From: an uncultured Oleiharenicola sp.
GTDB lineage: Bacteria > Verrucomicrobiota > Verrucomicrobiia > Opitutales > Opitutaceae
DNA length: 64,000 nt
Direction: 5' to 3'
Assembly: GCA_964492635.1 (NCBI GenBank)
Contig: CAZBLQ010000005.1
Span: forward strand, 165 to 64,164
The notes beneath the pieces were generated by a model. It was not told the origin of the DNA. It did no database searches and was given only the letters and a program-made list of their open reading frames with translations. The number at the start of each line of letters is the position of its first letter. The stretch's first letter is position 1. This document shows, one piece after another, positions 7,836 through 17,323 of this stretch. The position numbers were made by a program, and so were the translations under genes.

Positions 7836-9026
7836 ATGAGCACACCGCATCCACTGTCCGTCTGGGCCCGGAACATCTCGCCGTCGCCAACCCTGGCCAT
7901 TGACGCGAAAGCCAAGGCGATGAAGGCCGCCGGCGAGGATGTCTGCGGGTTCGCCGCCGGTGAACCGGACTTCGACACGCCCGAACACATCAAGGCGGCG
8001 TGCATTGCCGCGCTTCTGGCGGGCAAGACCAAGTATTCACCCACCCCGGGCATAGAGGAACTTCGCGCAGCCATCGCCATGCGCTATGGCGAGGAATACG
8101 GGCTCAAGGTCGTCCCGGGGCAGGTGGTCGTCAGCCCGGGCGGCAAGTTTTCCTGCTACCTTGGCGTGCTCGCCGTCTGTTCGCCGGGCGATGAGGTCAT
8201 CATCCCCGCGCCGTATTGGGTCAGTTATCCTGAGATGGTGAAACTGGCCGGGGCCACGCCAAAGTTTGTGCTCTGCGACGACCGGACCGGCTTCAAGCTT
8301 TCGCCCGCCCAGCTCGAGGCGGCCATCACGCCGAAGACGAGACTGCTTATTCTCAATTCGCCCTCGAACCCGACCGGTGCGGTCTATTCACACGCGGAGC
8401 TGGTGGCTCTGGTTGCCATCGCCGTCCGGCACAACCTCTACATCCTTTCCGACGAGATGTATGAGCACCTGATGTATGACGGCGCCCAGCCGACCTGTGT
8501 GGCCACGCTGTCCAAGGACGCTGAGGCGCGCACCATTGTCGTCGCCGGTTTCTCCAAGACCTACTCGATGACTGGCTGGCGCATCGGCACGCTGGTGGCG
8601 CCGCTGCCCATCGCCAAGGCCATTGCCGAGATCCAGAGCCAGCAGTCGTCCAACGTCACGACTTTTGCCCAATATGGCGCCCTGGCCGCATTGGTGGAGA
8701 AGGAGAAGACCGCGGTCTCGGTGAAGGCGATGCTCACGGCTTTCGACCGCCGCCGGAAATATCTGCATACTGAGCTCAATAAAATTCCGGGCATCTCCTG
8801 CCTGCTCGCCGGTGGCGCGTTCTATCTTTTTCCCAACATCTCCAGTTTCGGGCTCAAGGACGCGGATTTCTGCGCGAAACTGCTCGAACAGGAAAAAGTG
8901 GCGGCGGTTCCGGGCTCGGCCTTCGGAGCTGAAGGCTATTTACGCCTCAGCTACGCCACTTCCGACGAGATCATCGCCAAAGGCGTCGCCCGACTGGCGA
9001 GGTTCTGCGCCGGTCTGAAGAAATAA
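7836..9026 (+). CDS. Pyridoxal-phosphate-dependent aminotransferase, class I (aspartate aminotransferase-like).
   Basis: [23 protein letters not shown] and the PLP-lysine motif [14 protein letters not shown]. Length is 396 aa. Confidence 0.9.
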   Translation: MSTPHPLSVWARNISPSPTLAIDAKAKAMKAAGEDVCGFAAGEPDFDTPEHIKAACIAALLAGKTKYSPTPGIEELRAAIAMRYGEEYGLKVVPGQVVVSPGGKFSCYLGVLAVCSPGDEVIIPAPYWVSYPEMVKLAGATPKFVLCDDRTGFKLSPAQLEAAITPKTRLLILNSPSNPTGAVYSHAELVALVAIAVRHNLYILSDEMYEHLMYDGAQPTCVATLSKDAEARTIVVAGFSKTYSMTGWRIGTLVAPLPIAKAIAEIQSQQSSNVTTFAQYGALAALVEKEKTAVSVKAMLTAFDRRRKYLHTELNKIPGISCLLAGGAFYLFPNISSFGLKDADFCAKLLEQEKVAAVPGSAFGAEGYLRLSYATSDEIIAKGVARLARFCAGLKK

Positions 9027-9111
9027 TTGCGGGCTGGCATGGCGCCTCGGATTGGCCGGCCCCGACGGCTGGCCCGGGGTAACCTCGCTCCGCTGCCTGC
9101 GTCTCGTCGTC

Positions 9112-9906
9112 ATGAATTTTCGCTTCCGGTGCACAGTCCTGATTTCGCAGTGCCTCCTTGTCGCTGCCCAGACATTTGCCACCGAGAATCTCGTCCTCCG
9201 CACTTGGATTGTTGACGGCGTGACACGTGAGGCTCTGGTCAGTATTCCCGCCGCGATCGGGCCGGGTGGCGCGCCGGTTGTATTCGCCTTCCATGGGCAC
9301 ACCGGCACCATGCGGCAGGCCTCGCGCAGTTTTCCCATTCACCAGCTCTGGCCTGAAGCGATCGTCGTTTATCCCCAGGGTTTGCCGACGCCCGGCCCGC
9401 TGGTTGATCCCGAGGGCAAGGAATCCGGCTGGCAGGCCGCGGCTGGTGCCCAAGGTGACCGGGACCTGAAGTTTTTTGATGCCATGCTTGCCAGTCTCCG
9501 AGCAGAAAACCACGTGAACGATCACCGGATCTATGCGACCGGCCACTCCAACGGCGGCGGATTCACCTACTTGCTTTGGGCGGAGCGCGGCGGCCTCTTT
9601 GCCGCATTTGCCCCATCCTCGGCGGTGTTGGCCCGCGATACGGACAAGTTTCAGCCCAAGCCCGTACTGCATATCGGCAGTCCGCAGGATCCGTTGGTCA
9701 AGTTTGCCTGGCAGGAACGAATGATCGACTTCCTGCTCAAGCTCGATGGCTGCGGCCCGCGCAAGACCACCGCGCCCGGCTACACGGTTTATCCGTCAAG
9801 CAAGGGCACTGAAGTGGCAACCTACCTGCACAGTGGCGGCCACCGCTATCCCGACGAGGCTCCCGCACTGATCGTGAAGTTCTTTCAGGCGCACCCGCGT
9901 CCTTGA
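9112..9906 (+). CDS. Secreted esterase, PHB-depolymerase / feruloyl-esterase-like alpha/beta hydrolase.
   Basis: Signal peptide MNFRFRCTVLISQCLLVAAQTFA, VVFAFHGHTGT, and the nucleophile elbow YATGHSNGGGF (GxSxG). Confidence 0.75.
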   Translation: MNFRFRCTVLISQCLLVAAQTFATENLVLRTWIVDGVTREALVSIPAAIGPGGAPVVFAFHGHTGTMRQASRSFPIHQLWPEAIVVYPQGLPTPGPLVDPEGKESGWQAAAGAQGDRDLKFFDAMLASLRAENHVNDHRIYATGHSNGGGFTYLLWAERGGLFAAFAPSSAVLARDTDKFQPKPVLHIGSPQDPLVKFAWQERMIDFLLKLDGCGPRKTTAPGYTVYPSSKGTEVATYLHSGGHRYPDEAPALIVKFFQAHPRP

Positions 9907-9965
9907 GACTGTCACACTGCCGCTCGGCGAGTGGCGGCCATTTCCAGGCCGCCTGCGCTACCCGG

Positions 9966-10352
9966 TCAGCGCACTTCGCTCATCAGCTCGACGATGTTGC
10001 CCTCGGGGTCGCGTACCGCCGAAATCCATAATTCGTGATCCGGCATCTTCGCGATCATCCGGGGTTCGGTTTCCTGTTTTGCTCCGCGTGCTACGATCGC
10101 GGCGTGCGCCGCCTTGATGTCGGCCACCTTGAAGTACAGGATGGAATTTTTCCCGACTTCACCCGCGCCCTGCGGCGTCGTGAGCATGATCCGCACCGGG
10201 CCCGCGGCGAGAAAGGCCATGTTCGGCCCAGCGGGAAACAGAAACTTCAAGCCAAGCACATCGCGATAAAACACGGTCGCTTTGGCGACGTCGCCGACCG
10301 TGATAGCGATCTGCCCGATCTCGGAAAGCGTGGAGGAGGTGGGCGAGTTCAT
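9966..10352 (-). CDS. VOC family (glyoxalase/bleomycin-resistance/dioxygenase fold) protein.
   Basis: From ATG 10352: MNSPTSSTLSEIGQIAITVGDVAKATVFYRDVLGLKFLF ... DPEGNIVELM. This is the typical VOC beta-alpha-beta-beta-beta module. Confidence 0.8.
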   Translation of the reverse strand: MNSPTSSTLSEIGQIAITVGDVAKATVFYRDVLGLKFLFPAGPNMAFLAAGPVRIMLTTPQGAGEVGKNSILYFKVADIKAAHAAIVARGAKQETEPRMIAKMPDHELWISAVRDPEGNIVELMSEVR

Positions 10353-10574
10353 GCGGGCAGTTTGCCCCCGTGACGGCCGCCTGTCCAGTGCGGCTAGCGG
10401 CAAAATTATTCGCCGGGTGACACGTTGCACCCCGGGTCTTCCCGTCGCGTGATTTTACAGGCTAGACAGGATAGTCTCAGGCAAGGAAGATATCCCCTTA
10501 CTCCAATGGCATGCCTCCGAAACTGTCCCCAGCAGGGGTGCAGGCCGGCGCTCCCAACAGACCCAATCCCCAAG

Positions 10575-12068
10575 ATGAAAACCAAGCTGAAAAGAACAGT
10601 CGTTGCCACAATCCTAGGACTCCTTCTCGGATCCATCAATGCCGCTGAGCTGGATGGCACGTGGAGAATTGACCTGGTGAGGCGCGGTGGCGTCACGCTG
10701 CATACCTATCTTGTCCTCCACCAAAAAGAAACCGAGCTGGCCGGCAAAGTGGTCATCAACGGGGCGGTCGATCTGCCGCTGCGCAAGCCGCGCTTGGAAG
10801 GAGCTGACGCATCCTTTAGCATCGACTGGGGCACGGAATACCGCGTCCACCCCGAGGGCGACAAGCTGCGGGTCACGATCGTCTACGGAGGCTCGAGCAA
10901 GGAGGAAGTCACCGCGGTCCGGGCGCCCGAGGCCGAGTCAAATCCGCCCGCGGTCATTCCGTTAGCCGCCTTGGAAATCGTGCCGGTGAACGGGCTGGCC
11001 CTGACCCCGCCCATGGGGTGGAACAGTTGGAATCATTTCGGTGACCGGATCGACGACAAGATTGTGCGTGAGACGGCGGACGCAATGGTCAGCAGCGGCA
11101 TGGCCGCCGCCGGTTTTGTCTACATCAACATCGATGATTGCTGGGAGGGCGAACGCGACGCCCAAGGCAACATCGTCGCCAATACAAAATTCCCCGACAT
11201 GAAAGCTCTCGCGAATTACGTCCACAGCCGCGGTTTGAAGCTGGGCATCTATTCCTCGCCCGGACCGAGGACCTGCGGGGGTTACGTGGGCAGCTACGGG
11301 CACGAGGAGCAGGATGCGAAAACTTACGCGCAGTGGGGCATCGACTACCTCAAATACGACTGGTGCAGCGCGGGCCGGGTCTACCCGGACACCGACCTGC
11401 AGGCCGCTTACCAGCGGATGGGCCAGGCCCTCGGCCGGTGCGGTCGCCCGATTGTTTACAGCCTCTGCGAATACGGCACTGCGGATGTCTGGACATGGGG
11501 CACGAAAGTGGGTGCCAACCTCTGGCGGACTACCGGCGATATCCAGGACAACTGGAAATCGATGTCCAAAATCGGTTTCAACCAAAGCAGGCTGGCGCCT
11601 TTCGCCGGCCCCGGTCATTGGAACGACCCCGACATGCTGGAAATCGGCAACGGAGGAATGACGACGACGGAGTATAAAACTCACTTCAGTCTCTGGTGCT
11701 TGCTGGCAGCGCCACTGATGGCCGGAAACGACCTGCGCAGCATGTCACCTGAGACGTTGGGAATATTGACCAACCGCGAGGTCATCGCCCTTGACCAGGA
11801 TGTCCTTGGCAAACAGGGCGAGCGCATCACGAACCGTGACGGCATCGAGCTTTGGGCCAAACCACTGCATGATGGCGCCCAGGCTGTTGGCGTGTTCAAC
11901 CGCACCGATGGGGAGAAGACCGTGAGCTTCACTTGGAGCGAACTCGGCCGGTCTGGCAAACCGAAGGCTTTGCGGGATCTCTGGGAGCACCGGGACCTGG
12001 AGCTGAGCGCAGATGGTTTATCCGCTCGTGTTCCCGCCCATGGAGTTCAGCTGTTGTTTGTGAAGTGA
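10575..12068 (+). CDS. Alpha-galactosidase, GH27, with an N-terminal extra domain and a signal peptide.
   Basis: GLALTPPMGWNSWNHFGDRIDDKIVRETAD, YINIDDCW, the nucleophile region GIDYLKYDWC and WRTTGDIQDNW. The start is at ATG 10575 (MKTKLKRTVVATILGLLLGS). Confidence 0.92.
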   Translation: MKTKLKRTVVATILGLLLGSINAAELDGTWRIDLVRRGGVTLHTYLVLHQKETELAGKVVINGAVDLPLRKPRLEGADASFSIDWGTEYRVHPEGDKLRVTIVYGGSSKEEVTAVRAPEAESNPPAVIPLAALEIVPVNGLALTPPMGWNSWNHFGDRIDDKIVRETADAMVSSGMAAAGFVYINIDDCWEGERDAQGNIVANTKFPDMKALANYVHSRGLKLGIYSSPGPRTCGGYVGSYGHEEQDAKTYAQWGIDYLKYDWCSAGRVYPDTDLQAAYQRMGQALGRCGRPIVYSLCEYGTADVWTWGTKVGANLWRTTGDIQDNWKSMSKIGFNQSRLAPFAGPGHWNDPDMLEIGNGGMTTTEYKTHFSLWCLLAAPLMAGNDLRSMSPETLGILTNREVIALDQDVLGKQGERITNRDGIELWAKPLHDGAQAVGVFNRTDGEKTVSFTWSELGRSGKPKALRDLWEHRDLELSADGLSARVPAHGVQLLFVK

Positions 12069-12081
12069 GGATTTTTCCCAA

Positions 12082-12108
12082 GGCCGGTCAGCTCCTTGCT
12101 GACTGGCC
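12082..12108 (+). terminator. Hairpin 14 nt after the GH27 stop.
   Basis: GGCCGGTCAG - CTCCTTG - CTGACTGGCC, a 10-bp stem with one G-U pair. No U-tract follows. Confidence 0.45.
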
Positions 12109-12239
12109 TCGCGTTACAGGAATCCAATCTACCGTAACCGGTTAGTTTTCAGGAACGGTCGCGTATTTTGATTCGTCCGGTGGGGCGTGCTGGCTGTTCC
12201 CATCGCTCTGCACGACTGGGAGATGCCTTTCAGTTAATG

Positions 12240-12267
12240 AGACCACCTAGAGAAAGGCGGTCTTTTT
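12240..12267 (+). terminator. Intrinsic-terminator-like hairpin with a T-run.
   Basis: AGACCACC - TAGAGAAAG - GGCGGTCT, followed by TTTTT (the T-run overlaps the stem end). There is one A/C mismatch in the stem. Confidence 0.5.
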
Positions 12268-12305
12268 GATCTTACTGTAAATGATTTCCATTAATATATC
12301 ACCAT

Positions 12306-12860
12306 ATGGGCATGGTATATCCACGACTTGCTCAGGTTGGATCGCTTGGGTTGGCTTTAGCGCTCGCTCTACTTTGCGGTACCCGTGCCGGAGCCAGTAT
12401 TAAATCCCGCAGCGAGCTTGCGGCCATAATCGCTCGTTCACCCGGTCTGCAGCTTGTGGCCGAAGGCCAGGAACTGAAGACAGCCGAACTCATGGCAGCA
12501 CGACTCAGCAACGCTGTTGCCTACCTCGGCATTGGCGAGTCAATGGAGCCACTTTATCCTTCAAACACCGCCGTGGTGGTGGTGCCGATCGAATACGACC
12601 ACATCAAAAAGGGAATGACAGTTGTTTACGTGAATGATGAGGGCCGGCGGGTTGCCCACTGTGTCGTTGGGGAGACGCACGATGGCTTCCTGGTGCAAGG
12701 GGTCAGCAATGACGAGGCCGACTCCGAAGTGGTGACCGAAAAAAATATCCTCGGAGTGATCATTCAGGCCTATGCGGGCGCGGAGACGGGTTCGCGTCAT
12801 GCTTTGGCCGTGCAACTCGTGGGCAAGGACCGGAGGGTCCGGAAACGATTGCCCTTGTGA
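12306..12860 (+). CDS. S26-family signal peptidase I homologue of the ER/archaeal (SipW-like, Ser/His) type.
   Basis: N-terminal signal/anchor VGSLGLALALALLCGTRAGAS. Serine box GIGESMEPLYP. A histidine-containing box RRVAHCVVGE sits where bacterial type I peptidases have K-R-V. FLVQGVSNDEADSEVV resembles the GDNN..D box. Confidence 0.55.
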   Translation: MGMVYPRLAQVGSLGLALALALLCGTRAGASIKSRSELAAIIARSPGLQLVAEGQELKTAELMAARLSNAVAYLGIGESMEPLYPSNTAVVVVPIEYDHIKKGMTVVYVNDEGRRVAHCVVGETHDGFLVQGVSNDEADSEVVTEKNILGVIIQAYAGAETGSRHALAVQLVGKDRRVRKRLPL

Positions 12861-12911
12861 GTCCGGCAGCCGGGTTTGTGTCAGCAAACCAGACCGGCGC
12901 GGCTTGGCTAA

Positions 12912-14543
12912 ATGCACTGTAAGCAAGTTTGGCCTAGGGCCTGTATCTCCGTTACTGGCGACCGAAGACTTCATGCTGACTGTTTGGCGGGCGGACTATT
13001 GGCTGGTCGCGTGCGGGATGACTGTTTTGATGTCTGTGGCTTGAACGCGTTGTCCCTCTCCATTTTTCGCCATTGCTCGATTTTCGGTCTTCTGGTGCTC
13101 GGGCTGGGTCTGCCGCTGCTGGCAGGTGCGGCGGGCAATTCGCCAGCGGTCGATCAGCCGGCGGTGATCAGGCTTGAAGCCGAGACCGGGCAACGCTCGG
13201 GCGGAGTCGTGGTGGGGAGCACCGGGCGCGGATTCTCCGGCACGGGCTACGTCACGGGGTTCAAGGAAGACGCGGACCGCGTGACGCTGACCTTCATCGC
13301 CCGCGCCGGGCTTTACGACATTGCGTTCCGGTACCGGGCGCCGCTCAAGGGATTTTTATTTGAAGTGAACGGTCTGGTGCTTTCCGGAAAGTTTGCCGAC
13401 TCGAAGGGCGCCTTTGTCGAGCAACACATGGGCAAGGTCGAACTGCGGGAAGGGGAAAACACCCTCGCGATCCATGGCGGCTGGAAGCTCTATGAGATCG
13501 ACCGCGTGGATCTGACCCCGGTCGCCGCACTGCCGGCGATGAGCAAGCCACCCGCGACATTGTGCGATCCACAAAGCACACCGGCGGCGCGGGCGCTGAT
13601 GACTTATCTCGTGGAACAATACGGCGAGCGCACGCTGTCCGGCACCATCGAGGGGCCGGATGTGGACTACGTGTGGAAACAGACCGGCCAGCTTCCGGCG
13701 ATTCTGGCGGGCGATATGCTCAACGTTTCCACGGCGGCAATCCGGCACGCCGGGGTGACCCCGGGTGAAACGGAACAGATGATCGAACGCGCGCGGCAGG
13801 GTCATATCCTCAGCTATTGCTGGCACTGGCGTTCGCCGACGGGCCTGCTGGACAGGGAAATTGTCCGACCCGACGGCACCAGGCTGGATGCACGCTGGTA
13901 TCGCGGTTTCTACACCAACGCGACCAGCTTTGATCTCGCGGCGACCCTGGCTCAGCCCGAGGGGAAGGACTACATGATGTTGATGACGGACATCGACATG
14001 ATCGCCGCCGAGCTTCGCAAGCTCGCGGACTGGGGCATACCGGTCTTGTGGCGTCCGTTGCACGAGGCGGAAGGCGGCTGGTTTTGGTGGGGCGCCAAAG
14101 GCCCCAAGCCTTTCATCCAGCTCTGGCGCATTCTCCATGACCGGCTGACCCGCGTGCATGGCCTGCACAACCTCATCTGGGCTTATACCGGCACAGCCAA
14201 CCCGGATTGGTATCCCGGCGACGACGTCGTGGACATCATCGGCATCGACGACTATCCGGCGGACGGGCGGGATCCGTTGAGTCCGACATGGGACGATGTG
14301 CAGGCGCGGCATGGCGGTCACAAGCTGGTTGCGTTGAGCGAATTTGGCGGCGTGCCGGATGTGACAGCAGCCCGGCGGGTCGGCGTGAGCTGGGCGTATT
14401 TTGTCTCGTGGAGCAGGGAACTCGGGCCTCTGAAAGTGAGGCCGGAGACGCTCAAGCGGCTCTATAACGATCCGCGGGTGATCAATCTTTCCGAACTGCC
14501 GAAGGACCGGTGGCAGCCCACGGCGGAAAAGACCTCGCATTGA
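12912..14543 (+). CDS. Beta-mannanase, GH26, with an N-terminal carbohydrate-binding module (CBM35/6-like).
   Basis: CBM-like IRLEAETGQRSGGVVVGSTGRGFSGTGYVTGF. The GH26 catalytic region is WRPLHEAEGGWFWWG (acid/base) and LVALSEFGG (nucleophile). The start is uncertain. The signal-like segment SIFGLLVLGLGLPLLAGAAG follows an in-frame TTG at 13041, which may be the true start. Confidence 0.9.
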   Translation: MHCKQVWPRACISVTGDRRLHADCLAGGLLAGRVRDDCFDVCGLNALSLSIFRHCSIFGLLVLGLGLPLLAGAAGNSPAVDQPAVIRLEAETGQRSGGVVVGSTGRGFSGTGYVTGFKEDADRVTLTFIARAGLYDIAFRYRAPLKGFLFEVNGLVLSGKFADSKGAFVEQHMGKVELREGENTLAIHGGWKLYEIDRVDLTPVAALPAMSKPPATLCDPQSTPAARALMTYLVEQYGERTLSGTIEGPDVDYVWKQTGQLPAILAGDMLNVSTAAIRHAGVTPGETEQMIERARQGHILSYCWHWRSPTGLLDREIVRPDGTRLDARWYRGFYTNATSFDLAATLAQPEGKDYMMLMTDIDMIAAELRKLADWGIPVLWRPLHEAEGGWFWWGAKGPKPFIQLWRILHDRLTRVHGLHNLIWAYTGTANPDWYPGDDVVDIIGIDDYPADGRDPLSPTWDDVQARHGGHKLVALSEFGGVPDVTAARRVGVSWAYFVSWSRELGPLKVRPETLKRLYNDPRVINLSELPKDRWQPTAEKTSH

Positions 14544-14614
14544 GCCGGCAGCAGGCGTTAGGGGAGTTCACCGGTCAGGCCACAGTCCGGCGGCCTTGCT
14601 TGTGGAACCGGCCG

Positions 14615-16042
14615 TCACTCCGTGAGTGTTTTCATCAGCTCGTGCATGAAATCGACCGCGGTATAAAATTCCTTCACACCCAGGCGTTCGTCCTTCCCGT
14701 GCGCCCGCACGTCGTCGACATCGGTAAACGAACCGGACACCCCGTAAACCGGAATGCCGGCAGTCCGGAGGTAGGTTCCGTCGCTGGCGCCAGTGGACAT
14801 CATGGGAGTCACCACCACGCCAGGCCACATCGCCGCCGTGAGCCGTTCGACCTTGGCAAAAATATCCGGCCGCAGTGGAGAGAGCGGGCTGCCGTTGTTC
14901 GACCCGAGCCGGGTCACCTTGATCTGGTCGTCGGCGAGCAAGGTCCTGAGCGTGGCCATCACGGCGTCGGGCGAACCTCCGGGCAGCATGCGCGCGTTCA
15001 GCACCGCCCGCGCCATCTGGGGCAAAGCGTTCTCGGCGTGGCCTCCGCTCAGCATCGTGGCCACACACGTGGTGCGCAGCATTGCATTGTAGAAGGCCGA
15101 TTTGGCGGCGAGGCGCTCGGCGGCCGCGAGGTCCGTCGGGGTCTGTGCGACGGCGAGCATGTCAGCCTTCGTCTGGCCGGTTTCCTGCAAGGCGCTACGC
15201 GCGAAAAAGGTGCGCGTCGTCTCGTTCAACTGGATGGGAAAATCGTACGCGGCCAGCCGGCCGAGTCCCGCCGCGAGCCGGTAAATGGCGTTGTCCTTCA
15301 GCGGCAGCGAGCCGTGGCCGCCCTTGTTGGTCACTTCGAGTTGAAAGGCGAGATAGGTTTTTTCCGCGGTCTGGAATTCCATCATGACGGGCTTGCCGTT
15401 CTTCAGTTCCCCACTGCCGCCATCCGGGTTGATGCAGTATTCCGCATCGATCAGATCCCGCCGGTTGTTCACCAGCCAGTCCACCCCGTTCGCGTCACCG
15501 CCTTCCTCGTGGTCGGTCAGCGCCACAATGATGTCACCCCTCGGCACGTAGCCCGCCTGTTTCAGGCGGATCAGGCTGACCACCAGCGCGGTGTCGCTGT
15601 CCTTCATGTCGGTTGTCCCGCGGCCGTAAAAATAACCATCCTGCTCCACGAGGGTGAAAGGATCCGTCGTCCAATCGGCGCGGAGCGCCTCGACTACGTC
15701 GAGGTGACCGATGAAAAGCACCGGCCGCTGCTGGCCGCGACCGCGGAGGCGGACGACGAGATTCTGGTTCTGGGGGTGCGGTCCTGCAAGGGTGAGCTCC
15801 GTGTCGGTGAAACCGGCGGCCTTCAACCGCGCCGCCATGGCGGTGGCAGCTTTGGTGGCGCCGTTATGCATGGTGGTGTTGATCCCGATCAACTCCTGGA
15901 AAATCGCGCGGGCCAGCACCTGCTGCGGTGGCAGTGCATCCGTGCTGGCGGACGATTGGGCCAGAAGTGAAGCGGCGCCGAAAACCGACCCAATCGACGC
16001 AAGCCCCACGTGCAAGAATCTAAGTAGAAGGGAACGAGCCAT
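14615..16042 (-). CDS. Secreted M20 family metallopeptidase (carboxypeptidase/dipeptidase-like).
   Basis: Signal peptide MARSLLLRFLHVGLASIGSVFGAASLLAQS. Canonical ligand motifs are present: FIGHLDVVEA, GRGTTDMKD and LTDHEEGG. Confidence 0.85.
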   Translation of the reverse strand: MARSLLLRFLHVGLASIGSVFGAASLLAQSSASTDALPPQQVLARAIFQELIGINTTMHNGATKAATAMAARLKAAGFTDTELTLAGPHPQNQNLVVRLRGRGQQRPVLFIGHLDVVEALRADWTTDPFTLVEQDGYFYGRGTTDMKDSDTALVVSLIRLKQAGYVPRGDIIVALTDHEEGGDANGVDWLVNNRRDLIDAEYCINPDGGSGELKNGKPVMMEFQTAEKTYLAFQLEVTNKGGHGSLPLKDNAIYRLAAGLGRLAAYDFPIQLNETTRTFFARSALQETGQTKADMLAVAQTPTDLAAAERLAAKSAFYNAMLRTTCVATMLSGGHAENALPQMARAVLNARMLPGGSPDAVMATLRTLLADDQIKVTRLGSNNGSPLSPLRPDIFAKVERLTAAMWPGVVVTPMMSTGASDGTYLRTAGIPVYGVSGSFTDVDDVRAHGKDERLGVKEFYTAVDFMHELMKTLTE

Positions 16043-16099
16043 GGCTTACGTTGATGGCTGAACAATTGCGTTCAACCCTATTTCGCCCCGTTCCTCTGG

Positions 16100-17323
16100 C
16101 TAAAGCCGCAGGAAAATCTTCCGCTGATAAAGAAAGCGCGCCACACCGACAAAAAGGAGCACGCCGACAAGGGAGACGACCAGTTCGCCGCAACCGGGCG
16201 CGATGTGGGCGTCGAGAAATATTTTTACCGGACCGCCGGCCACGCGGCTGGCCAGCTGGTTAAAGCCCGAGCCACCCAGGAAATTCGCCGCCAGGTAAAG
16301 AGTGATGGGATTCATGCCGATCCAGACGAACGGCTGGCACCACGCCGTCTTTTTCTTCACTTCCACGATCCAGTAGAACGCCCCGAGCAAAATCGCACTG
16401 AAGCCGCCCGCCACCAGCACGTAGGAGGAGGTCCAGATCTTCTTGATGACCGGAAACTCCAGCCCCCAGAGAAAACCCAGCGCGACGGCCGCCGCGCCAG
16501 CGACGAGCAGCACCGCCGTTTTTTTCACCTCGGGCAGGTTTTGGTTGCGCAGGAAAAGCCCGGCGAAAATCCCGAGCAACCCGGTGGCGAAAGCGGGCAG
16601 CGTGCTCAAGAGTCCTTCGGGGTCGTAAGTGCCGTCGTATTTGCGGCCGGGCAGGTATTTCTGGTCAAGATAGTTTGCAAGGTTCACGCCTTGCACGTAG
16701 GAACCGTGGATCAGGTGCGTGCTGCCGAGCTTCAGTTGCGCCCCGTCGGTGAAACCCGCCTCCTTGGTGATGACCGTTTCGCCACCGGGCACCGGACGCA
16801 CATCCGGGAAGGGCACCAGCGCCATGACGGCCCAATAGCCCAGCAGCAGCGCGACGACGAGGGCGACCAGACCGCGGGGTTGGATGAAACAAAACGCCAG
16901 TCCGCCAAAAGTATAGCAGAGCGCGATGCGGTTCAGCACGCCCAGCAGCCGCATGTCCGGCCACGGATTGGTGAAGCCGCCGGAATAAATCAAGCCGAGG
17001 AGGAAGAGCAGTGTTCCCCGCAGCAGAATCCGTCGCACGGCGGCGGCGCGGCCGGCGCGTTCCAGAATTTTCGTCAGCGAAAAAACCGTGGAGACGCCCA
17101 TGATGAAAACAAACAGCGGGAAGATCAGGTCGTAAAAATGAAACCCGGCCCATTCCACATGATCGAGCTGGACCGCCAGGAACTTTGTCACCGGGTTGCC
17201 GCTCATCTCGTGCAACGCATAGACAAGTGCGTCTCCGCCGAGGATCCAGAACATGTCAAAGCCGCGCAAGGCATCGAGCGAGGTGAGGCGTGGGGCGGGA
17301 ATATCGGTCGCGGTTGGCATCAT
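16100..17323 (-). CDS. Multi-pass membrane acyltransferase-like protein (DUF5009 / heparan-alpha-glucosaminide N-acetyltransferase-like).
   Basis: RLTSLDALRGFDMFWILGGD near the N-terminus, followed by about 10 hydrophobic segments. Confidence 0.72.
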   Translation of the reverse strand: MMPTATDIPAPRLTSLDALRGFDMFWILGGDALVYALHEMSGNPVTKFLAVQLDHVEWAGFHFYDLIFPLFVFIMGVSTVFSLTKILERAGRAAAVRRILLRGTLLFLLGLIYSGGFTNPWPDMRLLGVLNRIALCYTFGGLAFCFIQPRGLVALVVALLLGYWAVMALVPFPDVRPVPGGETVITKEAGFTDGAQLKLGSTHLIHGSYVQGVNLANYLDQKYLPGRKYDGTYDPEGLLSTLPAFATGLLGIFAGLFLRNQNLPEVKKTAVLLVAGAAAVALGFLWGLEFPVIKKIWTSSYVLVAGGFSAILLGAFYWIVEVKKKTAWCQPFVWIGMNPITLYLAANFLGGSGFNQLASRVAGGPVKIFLDAHIAPGCGELVVSLVGVLLFVGVARFLYQRKIFLRL

